Assembly: GCF_032854445.1 (NCBI RefSeq)
Contig: NC_088304.1
Coordinates: forward strand, 22,425,513 to 22,489,512
Direction of reading: 5' to 3'
Source of the DNA: Liolophura sinensis
Lineage: Eukaryota
Length of the DNA: 64,000 bases
Within the stretch, counting starts at the first letter, position 1; every line of letters begins with the position of its first letter. Positions 49,168 to 60,748 of this stretch are shown here, one piece after another. Position numbers and translations under genes: made by a program. The notes beneath the pieces were generated by a model that was given only the letters and a program-made list of their open reading frames with translations, made no database searches and was not told the DNA's origin.

Positions 49168-49370
49168 CCAGTCGCTGTGAGTTCAAGTCCTGCTCATGTT
49201 GGCTTCCTCCCAGGCCGTAAGTGGGAAGGTCTGGCAACAACCTGTGGATGGTCATGGGTTTTCCCCGGGCTCTGCCCGTTTTCCTCCCACCATAATGCTG
49301 GCAACCATCATATAAGTGAAATATTCTTGAGCACGATGGAAAACACCAATCAAATAAATAAATAAAATAT
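49168..49370 (+). mobile_element. SINE, 5'-truncated, in IUNH intron 2
   Basis: core plus tail. Confidence 0.8.
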
Positions 49371-49588
49371 TTTCGCACGCAAAACTCCCACCATCTTATA
49401 CAACCATAGGAGACACCTGTTTTGAAAATCAAAAGCACTGGAGTTCACCTTTAAAACTGTTTTTTCCTTCATACTTTTTTTATGGCTATCCTGTTATGAC
49501 ATATATTTGTTTACTTCGTTAGCATCTGGTATAATACTGAAACAATGTAACACAGAAGAGTCGATGATTCTTTTTTTTTTCTCTGCAG

Positions 49589-49705
49589 GGGAGATAACTC
49601 TAGTGGCACTGGCACCTCTCACAAACATAGCCCTAGCAGTGAAGTTGGATGCAGGCTTTGGTAGAAGACTAAAGCACATGGTTATAATGGGGGGGAACAT
49701 TGAAG
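49589..49705 (+). CDS. IUNH-like exon 3
   Basis: GEITLVALAPLTNIALAVKLDAGFGRRLKHMVIMGGNIE-. Acceptor ctctgcag| and donor GAAG|gtaaaa. Confidence 0.8.
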
Positions 49706-50009
49706 GTAAAATGCTGTTCTTTGAGTGAGTGAGTGCTTGGGGTTTAACGTCGTACTCTGTTCTTTGAAGAATTGTTTGAAACAGTTCCATGTGTTGTTAT
49801 CTATATATTTTTCCTGTGCTTGTAGAATTGCTTTTACTTTGTTTTACAAGCATATACCCTCTGTACATAACCTTAAATTTGTGTCAGTTTTATAGTCTGG
49901 CTGTAGACTTCCACAACTATTTTCAAAGCTTTGGTGCTAGTCCAAATTGGCTTTGTTGTCATTGTACTTTCAACCCCTTGCTGATATGTCTGTAAAAAGA
50001 TTTATTGTT

Positions 50010-51360
50010 ACCAGACTGAAGTAGAGTCCATTATCACCTGACTGAAATAGACTTGATCATCACCTGAGTGATGTGACTCCATTGTTACCTGACAGAAATA
50101 GCCACCACCATTAACCAACTGAAATAGACTAGTTTTTACTTGACTGAAATAGACTCCACAATTACATGATGAAACAGTGCCAGACTGAAATAGATAGTAA
50201 AGTTTCATTACCTGATTTAAATAGACTGCATCATTACCTGACTGAAACAGACTCCCTTATTTCCAGACTGAAATAGTCTCCATCATTATCGGACAGAAAT
50301 AGATCCCAATATTACCTGACTGAAACAGACTTCATCGTTACTTGATTGAAAGATTCCATTATTACCTGACTGAAGAAGACGACATCATTACTTGACTGAA
50401 GTAGATTCCATTATTACCTGACTTACAAGAATGCCACCATTACCATTACCACCATTATTACAGTGTAATGAAATACACTGTGTCATTACCTGATCGAAAG
50501 ACTCCACCATTACCTGACTCAAGTAGACTCCATCGTTACCTGACAGAAATTGTCGCCACCATTAGATGACGGACTCTCTTATTTCCAGACTGAAATAGAC
50601 TCCATCATTATTGGACTGAAATAGACCACATCATTATTGGACTGAAATAGATTCCATCATTACCAGATTGAGTTTGCATTATTACATGTAAGATCCCATT
50701 ATTACATGAGGGTGCCTCTGTGCCTCAGTTGGTTAGCGCACTAGCGCAGTGTAATGACCTGGGAGCCTCTCACCAATACGGTCGCTGTGAGCTTCCTCTC
50801 CGGCCAGCAACCATGCAACCTGTGGATGGTTGTGGCTTTCCCCCAGGCTCTGTCCAGTTTCCTCCCACCATAATGCTGGCCCCCTTCATATAAGGGAAAT
50901 ATTCTTGAGTATGGCGTAAAACACCAATCAGACAAATAAATCAAATAAATTATTACATGACTGAAGAAGATGACATCATTACTTGACTGAAATAGACTCC
51001 GTTCTTGCCTGACTGAAGTAGACTCATTACGTGATTGAAAGACTCCACAGTTACCTGACTGAAATAAAACTTTCATAACCTAACTGAAATAAACGGCATC
51101 ATTACCTGACTGAACAGACTTCCTCATTTCCAGACTGAAATAGACTGCATCATTACCTGATTCCATCATTACCTGATTGAATTAGACTCCATTATTGCCT
51201 GATTGAGAGATTCTATCATTACCTGACTGAAATAGACTCCATCATTACCTGACTTAAATACTTTCCATCATTACCTTACTGGAAGATTGTATTGTGAGTA
51301 GACTGAAACAGATTCCATTACTAAAAAACTGAAATGAACTCCATTATTACCTGACCGAAA
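50010..51360. repeat. 26-bp minisatellite (ACCTGACTGAAATAGACTCCATCATT) of about 1.1 kb in IUNH intron 3, interrupted by a SINE at 50710-50951.
   Basis: seen directly. Confidence 0.85.
50710..50951 (+). mobile_element. SINE with an internal deletion, in IUNH intron 3; it interrupts the 26-bp tandem array.
   Basis: head plus core plus tail. Confidence 0.8.
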
Positions 51361-51434
51361 CAGGCTCAGAGTCAGTGTCTGGAATGGCAGCATTACACCT
51401 GTATATCTTAGTTGTTGTCTTATTATTTTCACAG

Positions 51435-51574
51435 GACGTGGAAATGTGAGTAGTGCCTGTGCTGAATTTAACTTTTTCTCGGACCCTGAGGGTGCCTATA
51501 TTACCCTGCGTGAACTGGGCTGCCCCATCTCCCTGGTGGCCTGGGAGACCTGCCTACACAACGCCCTCAGCTGG
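51435..51574 (+). CDS. IUNH-like exon 4
   Basis: GRGNVSSACAEFNFFSDPEGAYITLRELGCPISLVAWETCLHNALSW. Acceptor ttttcacag| and donor TGG|gtatgt. Confidence 0.8.
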
Positions 51575-51676
51575 GTATGTCATGGTAATCCTTTGCAGAT
51601 GTGCGAAATCATTTTCTTGAAACTGAAATGTTTCTCAGGTTAACAGGCTTAGTCTGATACAATGGACATGTTAAAT

Positions 51677-51834
51677 ATTTATTTATTTATTTGATTGGTG
51701 TTTTACGCCGTACTGAAGAATATTTCACTTACACGACGGCGGTCAGCATTATGCTGGGTGGAAACCGGGCATAAAACCCAAGGCAGTCTGCAGGTTGCTG
51801 ACAGACCTTCCCAGGTATGGCCGGAGAGGAAGGG
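51677..51834 (-). mobile_element. SINE 3' fragment in IUNH intron 4
   Basis: reverse-complement match to the core and tail. Confidence 0.75.
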
Positions 51835-52142
51835 AGTTGTTAAAAAAAAAGTAAACAAAACGCAGCTTATGTATCAGTTGGTAGACACGGGATATTCCAA
51901 AGAGATCAGCAGTTTTCGAATACCCCATATATCGGTGTACCCCATACATACGTGTACATGTCATTATTTTAATGTGAAATGAAATATAACTAGTATATGT
52001 AAAATTAGATTCTTGGGTTTAGTTGTGCATAGAAAAAGCAGTCGGTAGACAACTCCCAAATGTGTTTTAGAGGAAAGTTCTGTGTGGAATTATCCGATTT
52101 TTTATGCAGCCATATTTAAGCACTATTACACTAAAGAACTTC

Positions 52143-52296
52143 CGTACGTGGGAAGATCTGTCAGCAACCTGCGGATGGTCGTGGCTTTCCCCAGGGCTCT
52201 ACCCGGTTTTATCCCACCATAATGCTGGCCGCTGTTGTATAAGTGAAATATTCTTGAATGCGGTGTAAAACACGAATCAAATAAATAAATAAATAA
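52143..52296 (+). mobile_element. SINE 3' fragment in IUNH intron 4
   Basis: core plus tail. Confidence 0.75.
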
Positions 52297-52889
52297 GGAA
52301 GTTTAAGGTAACAAAAGCCAGATTAGGAGCTTCTTCCTGTAGAATCGCCACGATATGCCTGAAATATTGCCGGTGGCTTTAAGCCATAATCATTAATGCT
52401 TCCTATAGACTGATGAAGATGAATATCACATTTTACCCTGTATCTGTCCATTGTAAAAACAATTTACACAGAGAAGTACATTTCCTGTTCATGTACAGTA
52501 TGATTACAGATCGACATTGATTAAAGAAAATTTTGCCAACAGCAGACAAATACATAATGTGTTCTAGAACTGAAGACCAGTGTCCGTCATCACAAAACGA
52601 AATTCGCAAAAATTCAATATTTCGTTAAATGCCATGTTTGCTTTCAGTGTTTTTATTATTTATTTTTTTTAGTTTTATGTCACTTATGTAAGAGAATTTG
52701 TTTTCAAATTGTGGTGACTGTATGATTGTTTGTAATTTGCTGAAAACTGTCAAATATCAGTTAGAGAAGGGCTCTGGGAAACTGCTATATGATCATAAAA
52801 TGTTTTTTTTTTATATTATTTTTCAGCCAGTAGAAAATTGCTTGTATTTATTCACACTTTACTCAGCATTATCCTGTTAATGTTGACAG

Positions 52890-53219
52890 GACTGGTTTGA
52901 TCAGTGGAAGACTACAGACACACCCAAGGCAAGGTTCAACTTCTGCATTATAAAAAATGGAGTGAACAGAATACGCAATGTACTGAAAATTCTGAGGTAC
53001 AGGTCATGTGACCCTGTTGCCATGGCAGTTGCTGTGGACAGCAGCCTCGTTCTGGAGTCAGAGACAATGTTTTGCACAGTAGAACTGCAGGGAAAGGTCA
53101 CTAGAGGTCAGATGGTTGTGGACTGGCAGAACAGCATGGGGGGAATTCCCAATGTGACAGTGGTTACCAAAATTGACCTGGAAAGATTTGCCAAATTAAT
53201 GGAAACTATGTTGCTATGA
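52890..53219 (+). CDS. IUNH-like exon 5 (terminal; the stop is at 53217-53219).
   Basis: DWFDQWKTTDTPKARFNFCII...DPVAMAVAVDSSLVLESETMFCTVELQGKVTRGQMVVDWQNS...*. The total CDS is 975 nt, which is 324 aa. Confidence 0.75.
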   Translation, partial: DWFDQWKTTDTPKARFNFCIIKNGVNRIRNVLKILRYRSCDPVAMAVAVDSSLVLESETMFCTVELQGKVTRGQMVVDWQNSMGGIPNVTVVTKIDLERFAKLMETMLL

Positions 53220-53821
53220 CATGGGGTGTCAATTTATGCAGAAGAATTTACTGTTGGAGTTACTGGGTTTTGCCAGACAACCATAACATTTTATCAGATA
53301 TTTATGCAGAAATGTTTTCCATATTTGTCTTTCATTGTCACAGGTGTGGGTTCAAATGTAGCATTAGAGAGAGAATATGTGGCTTAACTCGTTCTCACTG
53401 CCCTGGTGACAACAAACAGCCAACCGCGCACATATGTTCAGCAAAGACCACTTGTCTTCCACCGTTAAGTCAGTTGTTACTTGTTAGCCAAAGAAAGGTC
53501 ATTGTTTTTCACTGGGCACTTAGGTTTCTCACTGGGTACTCAGATTTTTCCAACCATAGCACTGTTATACAGGTCATCTTTTGGTAAATTTGAGTATGTA
53601 TTTTTTTTCAGTAGGGAATTCAAAAATATATATGTATATACCTACAGATAAGCCTTATCAATATTAATCGTTAGGTGACTTCATCATGTTAATAGGTACA
53701 TGTAATGCTTTCTTTGTTACATGATTGGATGTCATCAGTTGTTCACCTGTACGCCTATGGTAATTAAGTTTAGTCCATGTTAGGATTGCAGTTTTTTCAA
53801 ACAGGTAAACTCAAATACGCA

Positions 53822-53990
53822 CCGCAGCTCATGCTGGCTTTCTCTCCGTTGGTACTGGGAAGATTTGCCATCAAACTGCGGATGGTCGTGGGTTCCCATG
53901 GACTTTGTCATGTTTCCTCCCACCACAATGCTGGCCGCCGTCCTATAAGTGAAATATTATTGAATACAGCGTAAGACATCAATCGAATGA
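53822..53990 (+). mobile_element. SINE 3' fragment (diverged)
   Basis: core plus tail. Confidence 0.65.
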
Positions 53991-56149
53991 ATACAGAAAT
54001 CTGATGTGGACTGATAAATACCTTTTTCAGACTTAACTTTGAAGATTGTTCATTGTCCATCTTTTAAAACCAGAAAATGGAGGATAACACGCTACCGAAA
54101 TGAATAAAACGTGAAAGTTGAGTAATCTGTTTACTGAAATATCGCCCAAAACTGTGCACTTGAAGAGACAAATAAATGACAAAAAATATAACTTTTGGTG
54201 CTAAAAGGTACAATTTTCCAGGAGGCTATCATTCTACCTTCCAAACAACCTCAAAACGCATGTTTAAAATGAATGGAATGCTTAGAATCGGTGAAAACGT
54301 GAAATTTTCACCGGGGCGAAATTTTAGGTCCATTAACGTAATTTTCGCTTAAAAGCAGAAATTTGGGAGTTAGAATTTGACTGATACAACCCGACTGCTG
54401 ATGATTGGCCGAGTAAAAAACGAGTATTAATGGCGATATTTCTAATTATATATTTCTTTTCTCGATATTTCTTTAGTCATTTTATTTTGTTATAATTCGT
54501 GGTTATGTCTTCTTCAAATTGTTTTGCATTTGTACAGTTTAATGAAACAAAGCTAACACTGAGAGAATAAAATTTGATTCACGTTGGTAAAAAGGTTAGT
54601 GGTGATTGGATGATCGCCTAATTATAGGATACATAAAAAGGCACTGAAAGGAAGATTATGGCTATGAGTTATCACCATAGCAGGTTACTTAACTTTCGAC
54701 GTGATCTCTGAGCCCACCTGTTCAAAGGTATTAATTCTAGCATTAACTTTGTATTGGGATGAGACCGCTATTAAGAACTACATACCCCTCTCGTCTTAGG
54801 AAAGCCGTAGTCTCAAGCTATTTTTAAGCCCCACGAAACAAACTGAGAAGCTTTGTTGTGCCTTGTTATGTCGCATAATATACTCGATAATCATACATAA
54901 AAATCAAGCGTTTCTTGTATCCTTGGAGGTCGCCTGGTTTGGATAAGATTAGTAAAATTGAGATTGTACTTTTAGTTTATCAGTTGGCACGTCGCCATGG
55001 TTTATTGGCCATATGACGCTAAGCCATACTAGTAATTAGTCATTGATTTGGCCTTCAGCATTTGGGGCATATATGACTCGTAGTGGTCGGTCCAATGGCG
55101 ATCAGCCAAGTCATCCCTTGTGAACTTTTAATATTATGTAAGGACAGGGGTCTCCGCGTATCAGTGCATGTATCAGTATAAGCGATCTTAAGCCGGGTGG
55201 TCGGGCTAGGGGTCCATTCGGTAAGACGGATCGGAAGCTAGAGACCACGTGATCTTCTTAGTAACTAAACGGCGTGGGTGAAGAAAACGATCCTCCCAAC
55301 GTTATTGCTTAGGAAAATGACTTTTTGAATCGCTGTCACTGATCTTGTATCCCTGGGATTTGTGTATTTTTCTGCTTTCCATATAATCTCAGTATTTCTG
55401 CAGACCTTTGGTGACGTTATTGTGCACAACTATGCCTTACTGGTCGCTAGTGAGGTGGCAAAAACGTGACATTTTCCATTGAGCGGCCAATTTGTTTTTG
55501 ACACGAAAGGGTGGTCACGTGACCCACAACTTCCAACTCATCTTACAGAACTTATTCTGACTTAGTGAGGTGTCATGTCTCCGGCATGGTGATCCAGTGA
55601 GGTAGCACTATGGCTATGCCGGGATTTCGAGTGTCATAGAGGAATGAGGAACCCTTCACAATAAGGTACGAGGGTCCGGTCTTGTTGGTTACCGGCCCAT
55701 CTTCCATGTACATGCCCATTGGGCTTGGATTGGCGAAACCTGTTTTTTTAAAGCAGTGATGAAAACATAAGATTTTACCATAAAAAATGAAAAATATGAC
55801 TTTTAGGTAAGAAATTATTTCTGGTAAAGTGATCAGAATGTACCTAAAGCCTTCAGATACAATAGTCTGCCAGACTCGAAGACTCCGGGGAAAATCTCGA
55901 ACAGGAAACGAGGCAGTGCTTGACAGTACCTGTCTCTCTATGTTACGCGAAACTTCTATTACTTTACACGCTAAGTGTTACATTTCTCGTGTACTATTAC
56001 ATAACAGACCGCATAGTAGACCGCATCCGGGGTCACTCGTTTACGAGCTTCTCTACAGCTTAAGAATCCCGTTCACTCGAGAAAGGCCTGGACAAAAGGC
56101 CTACATCCGGCAAATCAATACGCAGTTTTGGAGTTGCGTATGATCCTGT

Positions 56150-56320
56150 TTGAAAAGAAATCGGTCGGGGACAGACCGGACGGGTCTGGCTGAATGGGGG
56201 TGTGGCGAACAGACTGGACGGGTCTGGCTGAATGGGGTCGTGGAGAACAGATCGGACAGGTCTGGCCGAATGGAGGTGTGGGAAACAGACCGAATGGGGA
56301 CGGTGGTAGGGAAGCGGAGG
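56150..56320. repeat. Tandem repeat of about 40 bp, 4 units (GAACAGACCGGACGGGTCTGGCTGAATGGGGGTGTGGC)
   Basis: Seen directly. It creates overlapping Pro-rich pseudo-ORFs on both strands. Confidence 0.85.
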
Positions 56321-56629
56321 GGCGCCAAGCCAAGAAGAAGCCACGCAGTGTCTGTGTATATGTCACCGTGCCCACACTGTAGCAACACGGTTCACCGGGC
56401 TCGCGGCATTTCGGGGGTGTTCATTGAGTTCCGAGCAAGATCAACCATGACGTAATTTCTAAAAAAATCCAACCATTGGCGGAAAATATGCATAATATTA
56501 AGGGGTAATTTACAGGTATAAAAATACACCCAAAATCAAGTTTTTTTAACAAAAATTCCGTGGAATAATTTTGGCATAGAAACATAATCTTTGATTTATA
56601 GTTCCTTTACATGTATCCTTTAACAGTCT

Positions 56630-57950
56630 AATCGGCATTCACATACTTTTATGAGTGTACCAAAATCTCCCTGGCAATCACATATGTCTCGGGATAATAA
56701 AAGGTCTACTCGGCGTTTACATAATTTTTATGGGTGTACCAAAATCTCCTTGGCAATCACACATCTCTCAGGATAGAACAAGATCTACTTGGCGTTTACA
56801 TAATTTTATGGGTGTACCAAAATCTTCTTGGCAATCACACAACTCTCAGGATACAACAAGGTCTACTTGACATATGTCTCGGGATATAAAAAGGTCTACT
56901 CGGCGTTTACATAATTTTTATGGGTGTACCAAAATCTCCCTGGCAATCACACAACTCTCAGGATACAACAAGATCTACTTGACATATGTCTCGGGATATA
57001 AAAAGGTCTACTCGGCGTTTACATAATTTTATGGGTGTACCAAAATCTCCTTGGCAATCACACAACTCTCAGGATACAACAAGGTCTACTCGACATTCAT
57101 ATAATTTTATGGATGTACCAAAATCTCCCTGGCAATCACACAACTCTCAGGATACAACAAGGTCAACTCGACATTCACATAATTTTATGGGTGTACCAAA
57201 GTCTCCTTGGCAATCACACAACTCTCAGGATACAACAAGGTCTACTCGACATTCACATAATTTTATGGGTGTACCAAAATCTCCCTGGCAATCACACAAC
57301 TCTCAGGATACAACAAGGTCTATTCGGCATTCACATAATTTTATGGGTGTACCAAAGTCTCCTTGGCAATCACACAACTCTCAGGATACAACAAGGTCTA
57401 CTCGACATTCACATAATTTGATGCGTGTATCAAAATCTCCCTGGCAATCACACATCTCTCAGGATACAACAAGGTCTACTCGACATTCACATAATTTTAT
57501 GGATGTACCAAAATCTCCTTGGCAATCACACAACTCTCAGGATACAACAAGGTCTACTCGACATTCACATAATGTTATGGGTGTACCAAAATCTCCCTGG
57601 CAATCACACAACTCTCAGGATACAACAAGGTCTATTCGGAATTCACATAATTTTATGCGTGTATCAAAATCTCCCTGGCAATCACACATCTCTCAGGATA
57701 CAACAAGGTCTACTCGACATTCACATAATTTTATGGGTGTACCAAAATCTCCCTGGCAATCGCACATCTCTCAGGATACACCAATGTCTACTCGGCATTC
57801 ACATAATTTTGTGGATGTACCAAACTGTCCTTGGCAATCACACGTCTCTCAGGATACAACAAGGTCAACTCGGCAATCACATAATTATATGGGTGTAACA
57901 ATGTCTACTCCTCAGTCACACTCATGTACCTGTAAATATTAGGATTAATC
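56630..57950. repeat. 78-bp tandem array of about 17 units (…CGACATTCACATAATTTTATGGGTGTACCAAAATCTCCCTGGCAATCACACAACTCTCAGGATACAACAAGGTCTACT)
   Basis: Seen directly. Its period is a multiple of 3, so two forward frames stay open (ORFs 56986..57942, 57035..57421, 57425..57898). Confidence 0.9.
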
Positions 57951-58254
57951 AAAGTGTAGGCCTTCTCGGCAATCACTTACATGTATACATGCGTATCTGT
58001 AAGACACTAATATACGGGTTGCCAATAACCACGGCACTATTTTGAGCAAATCTCAATAACATGGAAGACCAGGAAATATCTAATCAAGGAATTCCGCCAA
58101 TAAAATCCTAATGAGGGATGGTTGCTCAACTGTGTCTTAATAGAGATGTCACGAGTGAAAACTTTACAATTTACCTTATATATGCTTTATTTCATTTTTG
58201 TCAAGTGCCTTTTATGTCGTTCAGGTTAACTGAACAATATCAGTTTTGTATGGA

Positions 58255-58610
58255 AGCCGGATTAGGACACCGCGGCCCGCAGCACGAGGACGATGCAATT
58301 GGTACTGTTCTCGTAGCGGCATGTTGACGGTGACCGCCCTCGTCACCACACCCCGCTACCAGCGGCAAGAGGATGGAGCAAATCGCGCGCGAATGGTTCC
58401 GATCTGGTTGACCGGGGGGCGCTACACGAAGGGACGAGGACGTTAACGTTCTGGCGCAATTGGTGACAGTCCTCGTACCCTCGTGCCGCGCCCCGCGGGT
58501 CGCAGCAAGAGGACGGAGCATATCGCGCGCGAATGGTACCGTCTGCGTGCCGTGGGTCGCGAGCCGCGGCACGAGAACGGTTACCGCTCGCAACTACGTG
58601 CTGTTGATCA
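58255..58610. repeat. CpG-rich unit of about 120 bp, tandemly duplicated (2 copies plus a partial one)
   Basis: The unit ...GCAATTGGT(A/G)AC(T/A)GT(T/C)CTCGTA...GCAAGAGGA(T/C)GGAGCA(A/T)ATCGCGCGCGAATGGT(T/A)CCG(A/T)CTG occurs twice. The CpG density is far above the window average. Confidence 0.75.
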
Positions 58611-59007
58611 GTAGTAGTTATCTGGAGCGCAGCCCGCTGAAAGAAATTGACTTGTTTGTTTGAGACATTCGTAAACCTTGTCCACTACACTCATGAAATG
58701 GACAAACTTCCTCCAACGTTGTATACACGTTGGTCGCTGAATTACATATGATAACTTCATTGTGTTCATTTCATTGTCCTAAAGATGTCCATGTACATCA
58801 CAGGCCCACTTCCGCGCTCTACGCAAAATGAACAAGTCTAAATTTAGGCTGGTTCAGAGAGACTCCGCACATTGTGTATAACTTACATCTATCATTATAG
58901 AGACACGGGAAACGACTGGCTGCACGACTTACTGGCATGAGTCTTGACAGAAACGAGTGCAAAATAGAAATGCACACATGCAAAGTACACGTGTTTGCGT
59001 GTATGTT

Positions 59008-59195
59008 TTTACTCAAGAATATTTCAATATTATACCACGGCGTTCAGCATTATGGTGGGAGGAAACCGGGTAGAGGGGAGGAAACGCATGGCTATCCGCA
59101 GGTTGATGGCAGATCTTCCTACGTACGACCGGAGAGGACGCGAGCATGGGCTGGAATTGAACTCACAGTAATCGCGTCGGTCTGAGGGCGTATCA
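59008..59195 (-). mobile_element. SINE, diverged copy
   Basis: reverse-complement match to the head, core and tail. Confidence 0.65.
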
Positions 59196-60532
59196 GTCAT
59201 GTTCTTCATGTAAGTCGAAATCACACTTTAGAACGTCACTTACAGGTTATGGGATAGTTCACATGTCAGTTCTATCACATGGAATTAAATTCACGCGAAG
59301 AAGCGGGATTTAGCATCACATGAGCTATATCCCCGCCTACATGGGTCATAGTGCCGCACTGGCACGTTAATTACTCGGCTTGTTTCATCGAGAATTAAAG
59401 CAATATATCATTAGGATAAAATCTGAGAGGAGATAAAATCTGAGAGAAGATGAAAAATTCAGAGAAAGGGAACTGAATTGGAATCTGAACTAATATAAAT
59501 GCATCCCTCTAAACAAGCTGATACATTTGGGAGGGTAAATGATGGAATTAAATACACATTTACTGAGCGAGTTGCATCATTTTCTTACTACTCAGAAGAT
59601 TACATTTGAACTTCGGTCACCAAAATTTCCGATAAAACATTTTTCTAGAGTTATCTTAAATTCTTGATAAATTCTTGATTGCTCTAATTGCATATTGTTC
59701 TTCCCCCACCCCCACCCCCCCACCCCCCGTACAGTTTGTGGAAGAGACAGAATTACTACAGCTGGTTGTTTTTGGAAGCTTGCTAGTGGTTGGTTGTTCT
59801 GATTTGGTGCGGGTTACGCTTATATGTTGATGGTGATCGTTTTTTTTTTTCGAATACATTGCCTCGTGCTTCATTGATGTGATTGTGAATGAATAGCAGG
59901 CGATGTATGTACTTAGTATATGCATTTGTATAAAACCCGATTCTTCTTGCAGTAAGATAGAAACAACGCGTTTATGTAAACCAGTGATAGCATGCAGAGC
60001 GAGTCCATTTTGATGTTTTCCATGGTGTTTATCTGAAATCAGTAATATTGTCCCAAGCTACATCTACACTTCCCATAGGTGATGTAATAAAACATTTATA
60101 CATAGTTTCTAAGCATTTACCACTCATATGATATTTAAGAAGTCTGCTTATGTCTAATTTTTATTGGCGGCCTCTACAAGTTTGTCCATTTCATTAGTCT
60201 AGTGGAAGGTTTTAAGAAGGACCCAGATAAACGAGGGCACAAGGACGGTTACTGTTCGCTCGCGAGAACTGTACCGCCCTCACCCCATCTGATAAGCTTG
60301 ATCATACGGACCTCCTACATGTGTTTTTAAGGTGGACTTAAGTTCAAACCTCATAAATTCTTCCTGTTTTGGCTCTTTTCGTTCATTTGGTATAAACCAT
60401 AGATGACGTTGTGCATTTCCAGCTATTCCTATTAGCCGCCATTACGTTCTATATTTGCCAATTATACTCCACTGTGCAACAATCAAACTGGTTAAATCTA
60501 TGAACAGGTGCCCGATAACACATTCAAGAGAT

Positions 60533-60748
60533 TTTATTTATTTATTTATTTATTTATTTATTTGGTGTTTCACTTATACGACGGCTGCCTGCTATATAGT
60601 GTTTGGAAACTGGGCGGAAACCTTGAGACTTTCTCACGTGCGGCCGGAGAGTAACCATCATGAGCTGGACTTGAACCCACAGCGACTGTCTTGGTTAGAC
60701 GACACTGAGTCATTGCGCTTCGTTAGCAAGCTAACCACCAGGCCTCGA
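60533..60748 (-). mobile_element. SINE, divergent subfamily. It has the same architecture and 3' core but a different tRNA-like head, with an (ATAA)n-type tail TTTATTTATTTATTTATTTATTT.
   Basis: The head revcomp is GGCCTGGTGGTTAGCTTGCTAACGAAGCGCAATGACTCAGTG...GGGTTCAAGTCCAGCTCATGATGG. The main-family head is GGGGCCTCCGTGGCTCAGTTGGTTAGCGCGC.... Confidence 0.6.

Noticed and set aside
56986-57942. 318-aa ORF, the longest in the window
   Set aside because: It lies entirely within a 78-bp tandem array. It stays open only because the period is divisible by 3. Two frames are open simultaneously, and there is no start context or splice evidence.
58240-58593. Arg/Ala-rich 117-aa ORF on the minus strand
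   Set aside because: It is produced by the GC and CpG-rich duplicated unit. It has no domain-like features and the opposite strand also has ORFs.
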